A DNA stretch of 64,000 nt from Chlorobium sp. (GTDB taxonomy: Bacteria; Bacteroidota; Chlorobiia; Chlorobiales; Chlorobiaceae). The stretch covers positions 3,220 through 67,219 of the forward strand of contig JBMOIS010000010.1 in assembly GCA_049317185.1 (NCBI GenBank). Direction: 5' to 3'. Every line of letters starts with the position of its first letter. Position 1 is the stretch's first letter. The translations under genes were made by a program, and so were the position numbers. This document shows, one piece after another, positions 59,751 through 64,000 of this stretch. Under the pieces are notes generated by a model. That model did not search any database. It was given only the letters and a program-made list of their open reading frames with translations, and had not been told where the DNA came from.

Positions 59751-60728
59751 ATGAGAATTCTGGTTATCGGGGGTGCAGGCTATATTGGCAGCCATGTTAC
59801 AAGAGCTTTTCTTGATAAAGGATACGAGGTGACGGTGTTCGACAATTTGCAGACTGGCTTCAGGGAAAATCTTTTTGAAGAGGCTCACTTTGTCCATGGC
59901 GATATCATGCGTCCTGAGCAATTGCGTGCTGTTATGGCTGGAGGCTATGATGGGTGCGTTCACCTTGCCGGATTAAAGGCGGCCGGGCAGTCGATGTTGC
60001 ATCCTGCGGTATACGCTCATGCCAATATTTCTGGTACGATTAATGTTCTTGATCACGCTGCTGCTGCGGCGATATCCCCGATTATTTTTTCATCATCCGC
60101 CGCTGTTTACGGAAGTCCCCACTATCAGCCCATTGACGAACATCATCCTCTCAACCCTGAAAATTTTTACGGTTTTACCAAGCTTGAAATCGAGTGTCTT
60201 TTGGAGTGGTATGACCGGCTGAAAGGGATGCGTTATGCGGCAATCCGATATTTCAATGCTGCCGGGTATGATGTGCAGGGGCGGGTAAAGGGGCTGGAGT
60301 TGAACCCTGAAAATCTGCTGCCTCTTGTGATGGAGGCTGCTGTGGGTATTCGATCGAAAATTTCTATTTTTGGAGATGATTACCCGACACGGGATGGAAG
60401 CGGCATTCGCGACTATGTTCATGTAAGCGATCTTGCTGAAGCACATGTCACCGTTTTTGAATACATTCTGAAGCATGACAAGAGTTTGACGGTGAATCTC
60501 GGTAGCGAGAAAGGGGTGAGTGTGTTTGAAATGGTTGAAAGGGCACGGGCAATTACCGGTCGGGAAATTTCTGCTGAAGTTGTTGGCAGAAGGGCAGGCG
60601 ATCCGGCGGAACTTGTGGCATCTTCCGGCAAGGCGAAGGAGTTGCTTGGGTGGGTGCCGAAATACAGTGATGTCGATACCCTTGTTTCTTCAACATGGAA
60701 GATGTACGAAAAGTATATTACCCGTTAA
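59751..60728 (+). CDS. galE: UDP-glucose 4-epimerase
   Basis: GGAGYIGSH, FSSSAAVYG, YGFTK, RYFNAAG, RDYVHV. Confidence 0.93.
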   Translation: MRILVIGGAGYIGSHVTRAFLDKGYEVTVFDNLQTGFRENLFEEAHFVHGDIMRPEQLRAVMAGGYDGCVHLAGLKAAGQSMLHPAVYAHANISGTINVLDHAAAAAISPIIFSSSAAVYGSPHYQPIDEHHPLNPENFYGFTKLEIECLLEWYDRLKGMRYAAIRYFNAAGYDVQGRVKGLELNPENLLPLVMEAAVGIRSKISIFGDDYPTRDGSGIRDYVHVSDLAEAHVTVFEYILKHDKSLTVNLGSEKGVSVFEMVERARAITGREISAEVVGRRAGDPAELVASSGKAKELLGWVPKYSDVDTLVSSTWKMYEKYITR

Positions 60729-60746
60729 TACATAATTTGTTTCTTC

Positions 60747-62162
60747 ATGATTGTTCCAGTTATCCTCAGCGGTGGTTCGGGAACCAGACTCTGGCCTCTT
60801 TCACGGTCATTGTATCCCAAGCAGTTGCTTTCGCTGACAGGCGAAAATACCATGCTTCAGGATACCGTGTTTCGCCTTGCCTCAATCGAGGAGCGAGGGC
60901 CAGTATATTGTGTCTGCAATGAGAGTCACCGGTTTATGGTGGCTGAGCAACTGCATGAAACAGGCGCTGATATCGGAGAGATTATTCTTGAACCATCTGG
61001 ACGCAATACGGCACCTGCTGCCGCCATAGCGGCCCTGCTGATCACGAAAAAGTATCCAGGTGCTGTCATGCTGGTTTTGCCTGCCGATCATGTTATTCCT
61101 GATACCGCTGCCTTTGGTGCTGCGGTTGCTGCGGGGAAATCGGCAGCCGAAGCGGGTGAACTGGTGACGTTCGGTATTGTAGCGGACTCCCCTGAAACGG
61201 GCTATGGATATATCAGGGCATCCTCGAACACGGAAAGTGAAAAAAAAGTCTATCCCGTCCTTGAGTTTGTTGAGAAACCTGACAGGGAAACAGCAGAACG
61301 CTACCTTGCGTCCGGTGACTATTTCTGGAACAGCGGGATTTTTCTTTTCAAGGCCGAGACCTATCTGCTTGAGCTTGAAGCGCATAATCCTGTCATGCTT
61401 GCCGCTTGCCGTGAGGCTTTGGAGAAGTCGGTTAAAGATCTTGATTTTTTGCGTCTTGATGCGGAGGCATTCTGTGCGTCTCCGTCAGATTCGATTGACT
61501 ATGCCGTGATGGAAAAAACCACGAGAGCCGCTCTTGTTCCTCTCAATGCCGGCTGGAATGATGTGGGTTCATGGTCTGCGCTCTGGGATGTTCAGAAACG
61601 TGATGATACCGGCAACATCAAGAAGGGCGATGTTTTGGTGCATGATGTGAAAAACTGCTATATCCATGCCACCAGTCGTCTTGTTACAGCCGTAGGCCTT
61701 GAAGGGCATATTATTGTTGAAACATCCGATGCGGTGCTTGTGGCTTCACGGGAGTGTGTACAGGATGTCAAGGTGCTTGTTGAACAGCTTAAAAAGAATG
61801 AGCGCGATGAAGCGCAGACACACCGGCGGGTTTGCAGACCGTGGGGCACTTATGAAACCGTTGATGCTTCAGCGCGTTTCAAGGTAAAGCGCATTACGGT
61901 CAACCCTGGAGCAGCCCTCTCGCTGCAAAAACATCATCATCGTGCCGAACACTGGATTGTTGTGAAGGGAACGGCACTGGTTACTGTTGAGGACAAAAAT
62001 ATTATTCTCAGTGAGGATCAGTCAACCTATATTCCTGTCGGAGCATTTCATCGTCTCGAAAATACCGGCTCGACTCCGCTTGAACTGATTGAGGTACAGT
62101 CTGGCAGTTATCTTGGAGAGGACGATATCGTTCGTGTCGATGATCGATATGGTCGGCAGTAG
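60747..62162 (+). CDS. manC: Mannose-1-phosphate guanylyltransferase / mannose-6-phosphate isomerase
   Basis: SGGSGTRLWPLSR, GRNTAPA, FVEKPD, WNSGIF, cupin RPWG...LQKHHHRAEHW. Confidence 0.95.
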   Translation: MIVPVILSGGSGTRLWPLSRSLYPKQLLSLTGENTMLQDTVFRLASIEERGPVYCVCNESHRFMVAEQLHETGADIGEIILEPSGRNTAPAAAIAALLITKKYPGAVMLVLPADHVIPDTAAFGAAVAAGKSAAEAGELVTFGIVADSPETGYGYIRASSNTESEKKVYPVLEFVEKPDRETAERYLASGDYFWNSGIFLFKAETYLLELEAHNPVMLAACREALEKSVKDLDFLRLDAEAFCASPSDSIDYAVMEKTTRAALVPLNAGWNDVGSWSALWDVQKRDDTGNIKKGDVLVHDVKNCYIHATSRLVTAVGLEGHIIVETSDAVLVASRECVQDVKVLVEQLKKNERDEAQTHRRVCRPWGTYETVDASARFKVKRITVNPGAALSLQKHHHRAEHWIVVKGTALVTVEDKNIILSEDQSTYIPVGAFHRLENTGSTPLELIEVQSGSYLGEDDIVRVDDRYGRQ

Positions 62163-62273
62163 AAAGAAAAGTTTCATACTCGGGAACAGCTTCTTCTGCT
62201 TTGCTTTGATAGCTTGATTAAATATATTACATTTCGAAAGTATTGTAGCGGCAAACCTAAATAGCAGTGTAAT

Positions 62274-62489
62274 ATGGCAGAAGAAACAAAGATGTCCGGT
62301 CAAAATCAGCAGAAACAAGGTGATTTTGTGAAAGGGGATTTTTCTACTATCCTTGTTGGTGTAGGCACTCTTATTGACAGTACGATTGAGCCAGTAAGCA
62401 AGATTCTGGCCCAGACCCTTGATTCTCTTGCTGTGGTTGCAAAACAGATTCTTGAAGGTGTCAACTCTACGCTTGGAGGCAAGAAGTAA
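62274..62489 (+). CDS. Chlorosome envelope protein, CsmB/CsmF family-like
   Basis: 71 aa amphipathic; GDF..I...VGTLIDSTIE.V...QILEGV resembles the CsmB/F motif also found at the N-terminus of CsmH. Confidence 0.7.
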   Translation: MAEETKMSGQNQQKQGDFVKGDFSTILVGVGTLIDSTIEPVSKILAQTLDSLAVVAKQILEGVNSTLGGKK

Positions 62490-62536
62490 GCGCCGGGAGG
62501 TATATCGGCGTTCAGGCTTTGTTCATAAATGTTTTC

Positions 62537-62569
62537 AGGCAAGCTTTTCGGTTATTGAAGGGCTTGCCT
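62537..62569 (+). terminator. Probable terminator after the csm-like gene
   Basis: AGGCAAGC / GCTTGCCT perfect 8-bp stem followed by TTGCTGTTTT. A second small hairpin CGCCG/CGGCG lies at 62491-62510. Confidence 0.55.
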
Positions 62570-62659
62570 TTGCTGTTTTATAATTGCTTTTTATTGCTTG
62601 ATTTTTTTTATAATCACAGGCTTTTTTGCTTGTTTCTGATTGAATGATTCTGAAGCATT

Positions 62660-64000
62660 ATGGATAATAAATTTGTAGAGTATCCCTCAAGTGTGGCTTA
62701 CAGTGCCGTCGAGGCAGAAGTGTTGGCCTACTGGAATGAGCAGGGGATTTTTCACAAAAGCCTTGAAGAAAGACCCGCAGAGAGGATCTACTCATTTTAT
62801 GAGGGCCCTCCGACAGTCAACGGCAAGCCAGGCGTTCACCATGTCTTCAGCCGTACCATAAAGGATGTTGTCTGTCGCTACAAGACGATGCAGGGCTACC
62901 GCGTGCCCCGGAAGGCTGGTTGGGATACCCATGGATTGCCGGTCGAGATTTCTGTGGAAAAAAAGCTTGGACTGAAGAACAAGGCCCAGGTTGTTGCATA
63001 CGGGGATGGCGAGTTCAATGCCGAGGCACGGGCGCTGGTCTATCACCATATTGACGACAATCGCGAAGGGTGGGGAAAGCTGACCGAGCGGATGGGATAC
63101 TGGGTCGATATGGACCACCCCTACATCACCTGCACCAATGACTATATCGAATCGGTCTGGTGGGCACTGAAAACAATTTTTGACAAGGGACTGATCTACA
63201 AGGACTATAAAATCGTTCCTCAGGATCCAAAATCTGAAACAGTGCTGAGTTCACATGAGCTTGCCCTGGGGTATAAAGAGGTGAAAGATCCGAGCATTTA
63301 TGTGAAATTCAAAGTCAGGGGCTCTGAAGAGTCTTTGCTCGTATGGACAACGACACCGTGGACGCTCATTTCCAATGTGGCTCTTTGTGTTGGTTCGGAT
63401 ATTGACTACGTCAAGGTTTCTCATGTCGAGAGCGGAGAGGTGATGATCCTTGCCAGGTCACGGATGCAGGTGCTGCTGGAAAAGAACGAGGAGGGGGAGG
63501 CGCTCTGGAAGATTATTGCTGAACTGAAAGGGTGTGATCTTGAAGGGCTCGACTATGAGCCGCTGTTCAACTATATGCACCCTGAAAAAAAGTGCTGGTA
63601 CGTTACCTCCGGGACGTTTGTCTCTACTGAAGATGGGACCGGCATAGTTCATATTGCTCCGGCATTCGGCGCTGATGACTACGAGATTGCCAAAAAGTAT
63701 GATTTGCCGATGCTCCAGCCGGTTGCCCGCAATGGCTGCTTTACGGCGGAAGTGAGTGATTATGATGGCATGTTTTTCAAGGATACCGATCCACTCGTTA
63801 TCCGCCAGCTCAAGGACGCGGGAAAATTGTACCGCAAGGAGATCATTACTCATACCTATCCCTATTCATGGCGTTATGATGTGCCGGTCATCTATTATGC
63901 ACGGGAGTCATGGTATATCAGGACAACCTCCATAGCCGCCCGTATGGTGGAACTCAACAAAACCATTAACTGGTGTCCTCCCGAGATTGGCGCCGGACGT
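62660..64000 (+). CDS. ileS: Isoleucine--tRNA ligase, type 2 (runs off the 3' end of the window)
   Basis: I translated this by hand because it is absent from the ORF track: MDNKFVEYP...[16 protein letters not shown]...[10 protein letters not shown]...WTTTPWTL...GTGIVHIAP. Confidence 0.96.
   Translation, partial: MDNKFVEYPSSVAYSAVEAEVLAYWNEQGIFHKSLEERPAERIYSFYEGPPTVNGKPGVHHVFSRTIKDVVCRYKTMQGYRVPRKAGWDTHGLPVEISVEKKLGLKNKAQVVAYGDGEFNAEARALVYHHIDDNREGWGKLTERMGYWVDMDHPYITCTNDYIESVWWALKTIFDKGLIYKDYKIVPQDPKSETVLSSHELALGYKEVKDPSIYVKFKVRGSEESLLVWTTTPWTLISNVALCVGSDIDYVKVSHVESGEVMILARSRMQVLLEKNEEGEALWKIIAELKGCDLEGLDYEPLFNYMHPEKKCWYVTSGTFVSTEDGTGIVHIAPAFGADDYEIAKKYDLPMLQPVARNGCFTAEVSDYDGMFFKDTDPLVIRQLKDAGKLYRKEIITHTYPYSWRYDVPVIYYARESWYIRTTSIAARMVELNKTINWCPPEIGAGR

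Noticed and set aside
1-64000. rRNA, tRNA, CRISPR arrays, IS elements, integrases, prophage genes
   Set aside because: None were recognisable on either strand by reading; tRNAscan-SE, Infernal, ISEScan and a CRISPR finder would confirm.

Overview
This 64 kb window is chromosome from a green sulfur bacterium (Chlorobiaceae, Chlorobium/Pelodictyon-like). The assignment rests on a BchF/BchV hydratase, a CsmB/F-type chlorosome protein, a form IV-Photo RuBisCO-like protein (RLP), BshC and a short primary sigma factor. Most of the window is housekeeping: frr, rpmE, recG, rsgA, surE, accD, thyX, clpP, valS, rpoD, uvrB, relA/spoT, gcvT, ftsK, der, rplM-rpsI-rpsB-tsf-pyrH, recX, rmlACDB, galE, manC and ileS. 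I found no rRNA, tRNA, CRISPR array or transposase. The accessory or unexplained parts are: (i) the C-terminus of a surface protein with cohesin-like and dockerin-like modules; (ii) an islet with a divergent uracil-DNA-glycosylase-superfamily gene plus an MNT-HEPN toxin-antitoxin (TA) pair whose toxin is truncated; (iii) two paralogous LuxR-type regulators flanking a lipid-kinase-family gene; (iv) a Cys-rich archaeal-type HTH regulator divergent from a CxxCH heme protein; (v) a frameshifted DUF4160 next to DUF2442; (vi) a four-gene RLP operon (aldolase-SDR fusion, LsrF-like thiolase, RLP, SDR) that suggests an unassigned sugar-phosphate or SAM by-product pathway; and (vii) an orphan HEPN gene. 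All family assignments are by motif recognition from memory and no searches were run.
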